A stretch of DNA of 64,000 nt from Arcobacteraceae bacterium (GTDB taxonomy: Bacteria; Campylobacterota; Campylobacteria; Campylobacterales; Arcobacteraceae): positions 1,920,001-1,984,000 of the forward strand of contig OY759974.1 in NCBI GenBank assembly GCA_963662945.1. Direction: 5' to 3'. Under the pieces are notes generated by a model. It was not told where the DNA came from, did not search any database, and saw only the letters and a program-made list of their open reading frames with translations. Both the position numbers and the translations under genes were made by a program. Positions 34,324 to 43,171 of this stretch are shown here, in pieces (position 1 is the stretch's first letter; each line of letters begins with the position of its first letter).

Positions 34324-35328
34324 TTATTCTACACTAGTTGTTGTACTCTTTGGAAGTTTATTTAAACTCGCTGGCCAAGGTGTATTTGAGTTAAGTCTTA
34401 CATATGCAATACCAGGGAGTCCTGTTTTAATTTTATCAAAATATTTTTCAAGTAATTTTGAATCTATTTTAACTTTTATTCGAAACATTAACTTTTCTCT
34501 TTCTGTCTGTGTTTCTATCTCTTTTGGAGTAAATTGCGCTTGTGGAGAGACAAAGGTAACAGTTGCTGGGATAGAAACATTTGGTAAAGCATCAAGGACA
34601 ATTCGAGCTTGGGAACCTATATTTACCAATCCAGCTTGAGATGTAGGAAGAAAGATAGTCATATAAGTATTCATTAAATCCAACACCACTAATACTCTTC
34701 CACCATTTGAGATGATTTCTCCATTTTGTGCTATTTTATATAATACTCTCCCTTTAATAGGTGAATATAATTTACTTTCATCTATTTGAACTTGTATTGT
34801 TTCAACTTGCGCAAGTGCAGCATTAATTGCAGCATTGGCACTAATAACTTGAGCTTTTGAAGCTGTAAGGGCAGCAATAGCTGTTTGATATGCAGTTTCA
34901 TCTCTTTGTAACTCTACAAGAGGAATACTTTTGTTTTTGTACAGAGTTTTTGATCTACTATAATTATTGTTAGCTAAATTCAATTCACTTTCTCTTTGTG
35001 TAACAATCGCTAGTGCATAATTTTTATTTTGTTTGGCTTGTTCGACATACGCAAGTGCTTCTTGGAGTTTTGAGTCGAGTTGTTTCGTGTCAAGAGTTGC
35101 TAATAATTGATCTTTTTCTACCGTATCTCCCTCATCTACATTGATGTTTAATAATCTTCCCGAAAGTTTTGAAGAGATATCCACTTGTGTTGTTTCAAGT
35201 CTTCCATTTCCTACTGCAAATTCTTTTGGAAGTTGTGGAACTTGTAGGTAATTGTAAATAAAATATAGAGCTATAGCACAAACTATTAAAATTATAAAGA
35301 GGAATATTTTTTTGAAGTTATCAGACAT
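34324..35328 (-). CDS. HlyD-family membrane fusion protein, YhiI-like
   Basis: [34 protein letters not shown]. Confidence 0.88.
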   Translation of the reverse strand: MSDNFKKIFLFIILIVCAIALYFIYNYLQVPQLPKEFAVGNGRLETTQVDISSKLSGRLLNINVDEGDTVEKDQLLATLDTKQLDSKLQEALAYVEQAKQNKNYALAIVTQRESELNLANNNYSRSKTLYKNKSIPLVELQRDETAYQTAIAALTASKAQVISANAAINAALAQVETIQVQIDESKLYSPIKGRVLYKIAQNGEIISNGGRVLVVLDLMNTYMTIFLPTSQAGLVNIGSQARIVLDALPNVSIPATVTFVSPQAQFTPKEIETQTEREKLMFRIKVKIDSKLLEKYFDKIKTGLPGIAYVRLNSNTPWPASLNKLPKSTTTSVE

Positions 35329-35356
35329 AAGTTTTCCTTAGTATGTAAGTTGAAAG

Positions 35357-35383
35357 TTATAAATGACTCTTAGTCACTTATAA
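35357..35383. promoter_or_regulatory. Operator-like palindrome upstream of the ABC operon
   Basis: TTATAA-A-TGACT-ctt-AGTCA-C-TTATAA, 12-bp arms with one mismatch. Confidence 0.5.
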
Positions 35384-35603
35384 TAAAATGGTAATATCAA
35401 TTTGCTGTTTTATAGCTTAAATAATTCAAAGGATACTTTTGAAATATACACTAAATTGTTACATTTTATCTGAAAAATACTTTTTATTGCTATTAATTTT
35501 ATAACTAAAATTTCTTAAAACAGATGTTCAATAAAATTATAATATAATCCGTTGAACGTTTAAATAGAGATTTAAAATTTTTAATAAAGTATATGGAGTA
35601 AAT

Positions 35604-36536
35604 ATGAAAAAAGTAGCATTTATTTTCCCTGGTCAAGGGAGTCAATCTGTAGGTATGGGAAAAGATTTTTTTGAAAATAGTGATATTGCAAAAGAGATGA
35701 TAGCAAAAGCTAGTGAGAGATTAGGTTTTAGTTTTGAAGAGTTGTTATTTACTGAAAATGAAAATTTAGGTAAAACAGAGTTTACACAACCTGCAATTTT
35801 ATTGGTTAGTTGTATTGCACTTGAAGTTTTCAAATCAAAATATACTATAACACCACAATTTGTTCTAGGTCACTCTTTAGGTGAGTTTTCTGCACTTGTA
35901 GCAAGTGGTGCTATATCGTATCTTGATGCTGTTGAGTTAGTTCATAAAAGAGGATTATTTATGAATGAAGCTTGTGCAGGAGCAGGGGCTGGTATGATGG
36001 CACTTGTTGGACTAGATGATGCAACAGTGGAAGCTATGACAGAAGCTCAAAGAGCAGAGGGTAAAAAAATCTGGGCAGCAAACTACAATATGGATGGTCA
36101 AATTGTTGTAGCTGGTATTAAAGCAGATTTAGAAAGCTTAGCAGATGCATACAAAGAAGCAGGAGCTAAAAGAGCAATCGTACTTGATATGAGTGTAGCT
36201 AGTCACTGTGAACTTTTAAATAGTGCAGTAGAGAAGTTAAATCCATACCTAAATGAGTTTGTAACAGATAACTTTGAAACATCTGTTATCTCAAATGTTA
36301 CAGCGGATGCTTATAATACAAAAGCAGAAGCTATAGAATTATTAGGAAAACAACTTGTAAGTCCTGTAAAATATAAACACTCTATTGCTTCAAAAGAGAG
36401 TGAAGTAGATATGTTTATTGAGTTTGGAAATGGGGCTGTTTTAAAAGGATTGAACAAAAAGATTTGTAAAGATGTACCTACATTAAGTGTATCTGATATG
36501 AAGTCTTTAGAGGTTACTTTAGAAACTTTGGCATAA
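35604..36536 (+). CDS. fabD: Malonyl-CoA:ACP transacylase
   Basis: FPGQGSQ..GMG, TQPAI, GHSLGEFSAL. Confidence 0.95.
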   Translation: MKKVAFIFPGQGSQSVGMGKDFFENSDIAKEMIAKASERLGFSFEELLFTENENLGKTEFTQPAILLVSCIALEVFKSKYTITPQFVLGHSLGEFSALVASGAISYLDAVELVHKRGLFMNEACAGAGAGMMALVGLDDATVEAMTEAQRAEGKKIWAANYNMDGQIVVAGIKADLESLADAYKEAGAKRAIVLDMSVASHCELLNSAVEKLNPYLNEFVTDNFETSVISNVTADAYNTKAEAIELLGKQLVSPVKYKHSIASKESEVDMFIEFGNGAVLKGLNKKICKDVPTLSVSDMKSLEVTLETLA

Positions 36537-36561
36537 TATTTTTATAGAATATATAGTTTTT

Positions 36562-36591
36562 AAAAGCTCTATGGAAACATAGAGCTTTTTT
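36562..36591 (+). terminator. Intrinsic terminator after fabD
   Basis: AAAAGCTCTATG-GAAA-CATAGAGCTTTTTT. Confidence 0.85.
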
Positions 36592-36684
36592 AATATAAGT
36601 TACTATAGAGCTAACTTAAGGTTAATAAGCCACTTTTACAAACAAATATGTTAAAATTCAAACAAAAATTTACAAGGCTTTTAA

Positions 36685-37377
36685 ATGACAAAACTAGCAA
36701 TAATGGGTGCGATGGAAGAGGAGATAACTCCACTTTTAGAGTACTTTACTGATATAAAGAAAAATGACTATGCAAACAATACTTATTATGAGTGTAAACT
36801 TGGAAATCTTGATGTAGTTATCGCGTATTCTAAGATTGGGAAAGTATTCTCTACTTTAACAGCATCAACTATGATTCAAAAATTTGGTTGTGATACTTTA
36901 CTATTTAGTGGTGTAGCTGGTGGAATTAATCCTAAGTTAGCAATAGGGGACTTAATCGTTGCAAATAAACTTTCTCAACACGATTTAGATATTACAGCAT
37001 TTGGTCATCCACATGGATATGTACCAGGTGGAGAAGTGTATGTAAACACTGATGAAAAGTTAAAAAATATTGCTCTTGAAGTTGCAGCTGAAAATAATAT
37101 TAAAATTATTGAGGGTATTATAGCTACTGGTGATCAGTTTGTTGCAGATGAAAAAAGAAAAGAGTTTATTGAGACTACTTTTAAAGCTGATGCTTTAGAG
37201 ATGGAAGGTGCGTCAGTTGCAGTTGTATGTGATGCTTTACAAGTTCCTTGTCTTATTTTAAGAGCTATTAGTGATACAGCTGATATGGATGCTGGATTTA
37301 ATTTTGATGAATTTTTAGAATCAAGTGCAAAAAACTCTGCGCAATTTTTAATGAAAGTTATTGAAAAGTTAGTTTAG
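36685..37377 (+). CDS. mtnN: 5'-methylthioadenosine/S-adenosylhomocysteine nucleosidase
   Basis: IMGAMEEE, KIGKV, GVAGG, TGDQF, EMEGASVA, RAISD. Confidence 0.95.
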   Translation: MTKLAIMGAMEEEITPLLEYFTDIKKNDYANNTYYECKLGNLDVVIAYSKIGKVFSTLTASTMIQKFGCDTLLFSGVAGGINPKLAIGDLIVANKLSQHDLDITAFGHPHGYVPGGEVYVNTDEKLKNIALEVAAENNIKIIEGIIATGDQFVADEKRKEFIETTFKADALEMEGASVAVVCDALQVPCLILRAISDTADMDAGFNFDEFLESSAKNSAQFLMKVIEKLV

Positions 37378-37395
37378 AATTTAATATAAGAAACT

Positions 37396-37432
37396 AAAAA
37401 AGGGTTCAACTGAAAAGTTGAACCCTTTTTTT
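37396..37432. terminator. Bidirectional intrinsic terminator
   Basis: AAAAAAGGGTTCAACT-GAAA-AGTTGAACCCTTTTTTT between convergent genes. Confidence 0.9.
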
Positions 37433-37446
37433 ATAGAAGAAAAATT

Positions 37447-37644
37447 TTATGCTAATTCTTCTACAGCTTTTTTGATAGCTTGTTTTAATGGTAAATCTAC
37501 CATATCACAATCATCTTCTAAACAACACTCACAAGCAGTTCCAGCACTTGTTTCTTCTTTGATAATTTCAATATCACTACCGTGTTTTGCTACGGCATCT
37601 TTTATTTCATCATATTCTACATCGTTACAGTTACATACTTGCAT
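37447..37644 (-). CDS. BFD-like [2Fe-2S]-binding protein
   Basis: VCNCNDV and AGTACECC motifs; RBS AAGGA. Confidence 0.85.
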   Translation of the reverse strand: MQVCNCNDVEYDEIKDAVAKHGSDIEIIKEETSAGTACECCLEDDCDMVDLPLKQAIKKAVEELA

Positions 37645-37654
37645 TTATTATCCT

Positions 37655-38179
37655 TTATTTCATATATGCTTTTATGATTTTTTGTTCAACTCTTGGTCTA
37701 TCCATATATCCTGTTGGTACATTTTCAAGTTTTTTTACAATAGCAAAACTTTGCTTATCTTTTACATATCCAAAAATAGTATGTCTTCCATTTAAGTGTG
37801 GAGTTTCTACTGTTGTTATGAAAAATTGACTTCCATTTGTATTTGGACCAGCATTTGCCATAGCAAGTATTCCTGCTCTATTAAACATAGCTTTTGATGT
37901 AAATTCATCTTTAAAAGGTTTTCCCCAGATTGATTCACCACCACGACCAGTTCCCGTTGGATCGCCACCTTGTATCATAAATTGTTTAATGATTCTGTGA
38001 AAAATAAGCCCATTATAATATCCATTTTTAATATGTGTTTCAAAATTTTCAACTGCAAGAGGTGCTAAGTCTGGTCTTAGTTCTATCTCTATATTTCCTT
38101 GTGTAGTTTCAAGAACTGCAACTGGATTTGCTGCTTGAAGATAAACTATACTTAATACTAAAAGTATAAATTTTTTCAT
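37655..38179 (-). CDS. Cyclophilin-type peptidyl-prolyl isomerase, exported
   Basis: Signal peptide; FHRIIKQFMIQGGDP, MANAGPNTNGSQFFIT, HTIFG. Confidence 0.95.
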   Translation of the reverse strand: MKKFILLVLSIVYLQAANPVAVLETTQGNIEIELRPDLAPLAVENFETHIKNGYYNGLIFHRIIKQFMIQGGDPTGTGRGGESIWGKPFKDEFTSKAMFNRAGILAMANAGPNTNGSQFFITTVETPHLNGRHTIFGYVKDKQSFAIVKKLENVPTGYMDRPRVEQKIIKAYMK

Positions 38180-38357
38180 TGGTTTCCTTTGTTTTTAAAT
38201 TAGGTTTTAATCATAACAAAAAAAAATTAAAATTAGGTAGTAAAATATTTTTACACGAGTTTAAATAAAAATTGACTCATAGTTCTAGCTTATAATATTT
38301 ATTTAATTTTGTTTAGGTAAAATCACACGATTTTAGTTAAAAAAGAAAGGAAGTTAG

Positions 38358-39518
38358 ATGTTATTAAAAGAAAAATACTCACCAATGTATTTTTTAGCCG
38401 CGTTAGGAGCAGGTGGATTATCTGTATCATTTTTTATGTATTTGATGTTTTTGATTCCACATCCAAAAACACCAATGGCAACATACGATCAGGTTATGCC
38501 AGCACTATTGAGAGGAGATTGGTTGTCATTTGTGACAGCTTTTTCATTAGTATTTATTATTGCTTTTGCATATTTTCATTTCAAACTTTTGATATGGAAT
38601 ATTAAGCAATATAAAGCGTTCAAAGAAACAGAAGCATTTAGTGCTTTAAAAAATAGTAATGCAGAGATTACATTGATGACAATGCCTCTTACATTTGCTA
38701 TGACTATCAATGTTTGTTTTGTTTTGGGTGCAGTTTTTGTACCAGGACTTTGGAGTATAGTTGAGTATCTATTTCCAGGGGCTTTAATAGGATTTATGGT
38801 TACTGGATATTATGCAGTAAAGATATTTATGGATTATTTTAGTAGATTGATCACAACTGGTGATTTTGATTTTACAAAAAATAATAATCTTTCTCAAATG
38901 ATCTCGATATTTGCATTTTCTATGGTAGCAGTTGGATTTGCAGCACCTGGGGCAATGAGTCATAATATTACTATTAATGCTATAGGTATTTTTGGTGCAA
39001 TATTTTTTGCAGCTATCTCAATATTGTTAATCACTATTAAACTAATACTTGGATTTAAAAATATGTTTGAACATGGTATTGGAAGTGAAGCTAGTCCATC
39101 TTTATGGATAATGATACCTATTTTAACACTACTTGGTATTACATTTATAAGAGTAAGTTTTGGACTTGATCATCATTTTAATCAAGCTTTAGAAAATGCT
39201 TCATTATTTACACTTACAAGTTTAGTTTTTGCACTACAACTTATTTTTGGTATGTTAGGATTTTCTGTTATGAAGAAAATAGGGTACTTTGAAGAGTTTG
39301 TACATGGTGAGAAAAAATCAGCAGTTTCATTTGCATTGATTTGTCCAGGAGTTGCATTTTTTGTATTTGGTATGTTTTTTATCAATCTAGGGTTAGCGAT
39401 GAATGGAGTAGTTGCAAAATACTCAATAGCTTATTTTATACTGATGTTACCATTTATATTTGTACAATATAAAACTATAGTCTATTTCTTTAAATTAAAA
39501 AATAAATTTGCATTATAA
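38358..39518 (+). CDS. Polytopic membrane protein, probably TsoY family
   Basis: YSPMYFLAALGAGGL N-terminus and ALICPGVA motif recalled from that family; about 10 TM segments. Confidence 0.6.
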   Translation: MLLKEKYSPMYFLAALGAGGLSVSFFMYLMFLIPHPKTPMATYDQVMPALLRGDWLSFVTAFSLVFIIAFAYFHFKLLIWNIKQYKAFKETEAFSALKNSNAEITLMTMPLTFAMTINVCFVLGAVFVPGLWSIVEYLFPGALIGFMVTGYYAVKIFMDYFSRLITTGDFDFTKNNNLSQMISIFAFSMVAVGFAAPGAMSHNITINAIGIFGAIFFAAISILLITIKLILGFKNMFEHGIGSEASPSLWIMIPILTLLGITFIRVSFGLDHHFNQALENASLFTLTSLVFALQLIFGMLGFSVMKKIGYFEEFVHGEKKSAVSFALICPGVAFFVFGMFFINLGLAMNGVVAKYSIAYFILMLPFIFVQYKTIVYFFKLKNKFAL

Positions 39519-39557
39519 AGAGGAAAGAGGGGAGAAACGTCCCTTCTTTTTTCTATT

Positions 39558-39920
39558 TTATTTTTCTTTCATACTCTCTTCATAAATAGGTCTACAATCA
39601 ACACAAAATCTTGCGTGGGGTTTTGCTTTTAGTCTTTGTAAACCAATCTCTTCATCACACATATCACATATTCCGTAGGTTCCATTTTTTATTTTTTCCA
39701 AAACGATATCTATATCTTTAAGTTCATCAAGTTGTTTATTTCTTGCACTAGTCATATTAAAACTATCTGAGGATATCTCTGCATAATCTAGCTCATCATA
39801 AGAAGCTTCGCTTAATAGATTTTTGATAAGAATTTGACTTGAAGAGACTTCTAAAAGAAGTTGTTCTCTCCTTATTTGTAGTTGTAATTTTAATTTTTCA
39901 ATTGATTTTTTTGTTAACAT
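39558..39920 (-). CDS. dksA: DksA/TraR C4 zinc-finger protein
   Basis: DELDYA coiled-coil tip, GTYGICDMC..IG.QRLKAKP.ARFCVDC. Confidence 0.9.
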   Translation of the reverse strand: MLTKKSIEKLKLQLQIRREQLLLEVSSSQILIKNLLSEASYDELDYAEISSDSFNMTSARNKQLDELKDIDIVLEKIKNGTYGICDMCDEEIGLQRLKAKPHARFCVDCRPIYEESMKEK

Positions 39921-39929
39921 AATTGTCTC

Positions 39930-40502
39930 CTATTCAAGTAAATGATTCATTGATTCTTTTTTTGTTTGTAAATATTTTTCATTATAAATATTTGAGGGTG
40001 TGATAGCTTTTATTCTGTTTACAACGATTATGCCATTTTCTTTTAAGAACTTTATTTTTTCTGGATTGTTTGTAATTAGATTGAGTTTTGTTACCTTTAA
40101 ATTTTTTAATATAAAAGCTATAGGGGTATAGTCTCTCTCATCATCTTTGAAGCCTAGTTTTCTATTAGCTTCTATAGTATCTAAGCCTTGATCTTGGAGG
40201 TAGTAGGCATTGATTTTATTCACAAGTCCAATATTTCTTCCCTCTTGTCTATGGTAAATTACAAGACCACCAAATTGATTAATATACTTTAAAGCAAGAT
40301 GAATTTGGTTGCCACAGTCACATTTTAGACTTCCTAACGTATCTCCAGTGAGACACTCAGAGTGGATTCGTACATTTGGTATCTCCATACTATTAAACTT
40401 TTCACTCATAATTGCCAAATGTTCTTGGCAACCATCTTTAAAAGCTTTTACAAAAAAGTTCCCGTATTTTGTAGGTAACTTTGCAACTTTTGAAAAAGTC
40501 AT
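39930..40502 (-). CDS. ribA: GTP cyclohydrolase II
   Basis: LPTKYG, RIHSECLTGD..GSLKCDC, QEGRNIGL, TNNPEK. Confidence 0.95.
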   Translation of the reverse strand: MTFSKVAKLPTKYGNFFVKAFKDGCQEHLAIMSEKFNSMEIPNVRIHSECLTGDTLGSLKCDCGNQIHLALKYINQFGGLVIYHRQEGRNIGLVNKINAYYLQDQGLDTIEANRKLGFKDDERDYTPIAFILKNLKVTKLNLITNNPEKIKFLKENGIIVVNRIKAITPSNIYNEKYLQTKKESMNHLLE

Positions 40503-40537
40503 AACTCAATTGTCCTTTTATTACACAAGAGTGTGAA

Positions 40538-40565
40538 ATTTTATAAATGCAACTTAGTCGCATTT
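40538..40565 (-). promoter_or_regulatory. -10 box (TAAAAT) with adjacent operator-like palindrome upstream of ribA-dksA
   Basis: AAATGCAAC-TTA-GTCGCATTT at 40545-40565; TAAAAT on minus strand at 40538-40543. Confidence 0.6.
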
Positions 40566-40707
40566 TGTGAATAGTAGGAGATAATCACTTAAAAATAACT
40601 TATATTTATAATAAAAAGCTATTTGAATAACTATTTTATTATATTTTTTGATAGTAATTATGTAAAAATGTATATATCTAATGAAGTTTTAGAAGCGATA
40701 AAAAAAT

Positions 40708-40863
40708 TTATTTTCTCTCTTTTTTTGTTTTTAAAATATTTCTTATTAATAATCCTATAAAAAAGAGAGCAATACTCCCATTAATCAAAGCATTTGTAGT
40801 TTCTCCATCTATATAAAAACTATAGGCTAAATAACTAAAAACACCACTTATAATTAAACACAT
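40708..40863 (-). CDS. Small 51-aa membrane protein (not in ORF track)
   Basis: MCLIISGVFSYLAYSFYIDGETTNALINGSIALFFIGLLIRNILKTKKERK; AAGGT RBS; starts 3 nt after radical SAM stop. Confidence 0.7.
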   Translation of the reverse strand: MCLIISGVFSYLAYSFYIDGETTNALINGSIALFFIGLLIRNILKTKKERK

Positions 40864-40866
40864 ATT

Positions 40867-42384
40867 TTACCTTTTTTGTTGTCTTTTATTTTTCAGTTCT
40901 ATATCTTTGATATTTTCATTATTTGAACGAATTCGTATATCACTATACTCTTTTAAAAATTTTGGAAGTTTTCGTCCATTTACTTTTAGTATATCTTCCA
41001 CTAAAATAGCAGCAACTTTTTGTTTCTCTAGACCCTGAAGCTCTACCATAAAATCAAATAAAAATTTAGCAACTCTATCAAGGGATATTTGCCAAGTTGA
41101 AAATGTCTGAGAATAGAGCCAATCACTAAAAGCATAAAAAGTTTCAAAGACACTTTTGTCTTTTACTAAAAGTTCAAAAGTTTGTATAAAATTTCCACTG
41201 TTATAAACAATATCCCAAAACCGTGCAAATCTTTTGAGTTTTTGCATCGTTTCAAAAGGGATTAAATCGTTTGCTAATATATCATAAGGTGGTATATCGC
41301 TATAAACCATACCATAAATTTCATCATGTCTATTAAGAGTTGTTCCAGAGAGTTTTTTTAATACTCCAAGTTGTATTTCACATTGTGTTATTGCAGATAA
41401 TTTATCTAGATTTTCACCAAAACTTTTCATACTCTCACCTGGTAATCCGATAATTAAGTCAACATGAATATGTGCATTGGTTTCATTTTCCAAAAAAGCT
41501 AAATTTTCTTCTATCTTGGGGATATTCAGATTTCTTTTAATATTTTTTGCAATATCTTTTTTTAGTGTTTGTATACCAACTTCAAGTTGTAAACTGTGTT
41601 TGGGAAATAGTTTTATTTTTTCTCGCAATGGTGCTGGAAAATTATCAGGTATCACTTCAAAGTGTGTAGTATAAGGTTCTTTCTTTTCTAAAAAAAAGTC
41701 AAGAAGTTTTGTCGCAACTTTAATATTAAGATTAAATGTTCTATCGATAAACTTAAATCCTCTAGCACCTCTTTGCCATAAAAGTTCAAATTCTTTTAGA
41801 AGTTCATCTATATTAAAATCCCGTACTTTTTTATCTATTGAAGATAAACAAAATTCACAATTATAGGGACAACCTCGTGAAGCTTCCACATAAATATGTC
41901 GATTTTTAATATCATTTTCCGTATAGTATTTATAGGGAAGTACAATTTTGCTTACATCTAAAATTTGTGGAGGGAAGATTTTTTGTTCAATAATTTTATT
42001 TTCTAAGACATCTTTACATAAGTTGTAAAATTGAATTTCACCTTCACCTTGTATAATATAATCAGCAACATCTAAATTGACACGAAAAGGTGTATAACTA
42101 ACTTCAGGACCACCTAAAATTATAATAGTATTAGGACTTACTTTTTTGATGATATGAATAAGTTGTGCTACATCAGAGACATTCCAAATATAAACACCAA
42201 TTCCTATTATTTTAGGATTTAGTCTTAATAACTTTTCTGCAATATCCTGCATATTTTCATTTATAACATATTCTTGTATTGTCGTGATTGGCTGTAATTC
42301 GTGCAAATTTGCATAGAGATATTTTAAAGCTATACTGGTATGAGAATATCTTCCATTGAGGGTTGTGAGTATAATATTTGACAT
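40867..42384 (-). CDS. B12-binding-domain radical SAM protein
   Basis: IGIGVYIWN, ILGGPEVS, ASRGCPYNCEFC, DLIIGLPGE. Confidence 0.9.
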   Translation of the reverse strand: MSNIILTTLNGRYSHTSIALKYLYANLHELQPITTIQEYVINENMQDIAEKLLRLNPKIIGIGVYIWNVSDVAQLIHIIKKVSPNTIIILGGPEVSYTPFRVNLDVADYIIQGEGEIQFYNLCKDVLENKIIEQKIFPPQILDVSKIVLPYKYYTENDIKNRHIYVEASRGCPYNCEFCLSSIDKKVRDFNIDELLKEFELLWQRGARGFKFIDRTFNLNIKVATKLLDFFLEKKEPYTTHFEVIPDNFPAPLREKIKLFPKHSLQLEVGIQTLKKDIAKNIKRNLNIPKIEENLAFLENETNAHIHVDLIIGLPGESMKSFGENLDKLSAITQCEIQLGVLKKLSGTTLNRHDEIYGMVYSDIPPYDILANDLIPFETMQKLKRFARFWDIVYNSGNFIQTFELLVKDKSVFETFYAFSDWLYSQTFSTWQISLDRVAKFLFDFMVELQGLEKQKVAAILVEDILKVNGRKLPKFLKEYSDIRIRSNNENIKDIELKNKRQQKR

Positions 42385-42442
42385 TGTGAAATTATACTGT
42401 AAATAGGATAAACATAGCTTGGTTTATCCTATTTAATGATAT

Positions 42443-43030
42443 TTATAGAGCGACAGTTTCTAATTCTATAGTGATTTTTACTTTATCTCCAACAAGAACT
42501 CCACCCATTTCTAAAGCTTTATTCCAAGTAAGACCAAAGTCTTTTCTATCTATTTTTGCTTCTAAAGTAAATCCTAGTCTAGTATTCCCCTGTAAATCTT
42601 TTATAATACCATTGTTTTCTAGTTCAAAACTAATTGGTTTTGTTATGCCATGAATAGTTAAGTCACCATGTAAATAACCATCTTCGTATTTAGTCATTTT
42701 AAAAGTAAGTTTTGGATATTTAGAAACTTCAAAAAAATCTGGACTTCGTAAATGATTATCACGTTTTTCTATGCCTGTATCAATACTTTTTGCGACTACA
42801 AATGCATCAAATTTAGTAAATTTTTTCGCTTTTAAATCATATTCTAAATCACCATCAAACTCCGTAAATTTTCCTTTTACATTACTTATCATCAAATGTT
42901 TAATAGAAAAACCAACTTCTGAATGACTTTTATCAATTGCAAGTGTTTCACCACTTAACTGTGATGAACCAAATAAAAATAATAAAGCTACAACCATACT
43001 TTTGAGTGTTTTATTTACATAGTTAAACAT
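42443..43030 (-). CDS. YceI family polyisoprenoid-binding protein
   Basis: IDKSHSEVGFSIKHLMISNVKGKF, RDNHLRS.DFF, IDRKDFG. Confidence 0.93.
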   Translation of the reverse strand: MFNYVNKTLKSMVVALLFLFGSSQLSGETLAIDKSHSEVGFSIKHLMISNVKGKFTEFDGDLEYDLKAKKFTKFDAFVVAKSIDTGIEKRDNHLRSPDFFEVSKYPKLTFKMTKYEDGYLHGDLTIHGITKPISFELENNGIIKDLQGNTRLGFTLEAKIDRKDFGLTWNKALEMGGVLVGDKVKITIELETVAL

Positions 43031-43171
43031 AATCTCCTCCTTATTGAATATTACACTATTAAAAATGTATTATAATAATTATTAAGGAACTATTAATAAA
43101 ATAGTTTAGATTTAATAAACATGTAAGGTTTTATATAAGATTTGAAGGGAAAGGAAATAAAAAAGGCAAGC

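Noticed and set aside
36605-36612. Second ATAGAGCT copy after the fabD terminator, suggesting an alternative fold before mtnN
   Set aside because: It lies downstream of the terminator and no riboswitch consensus is visible
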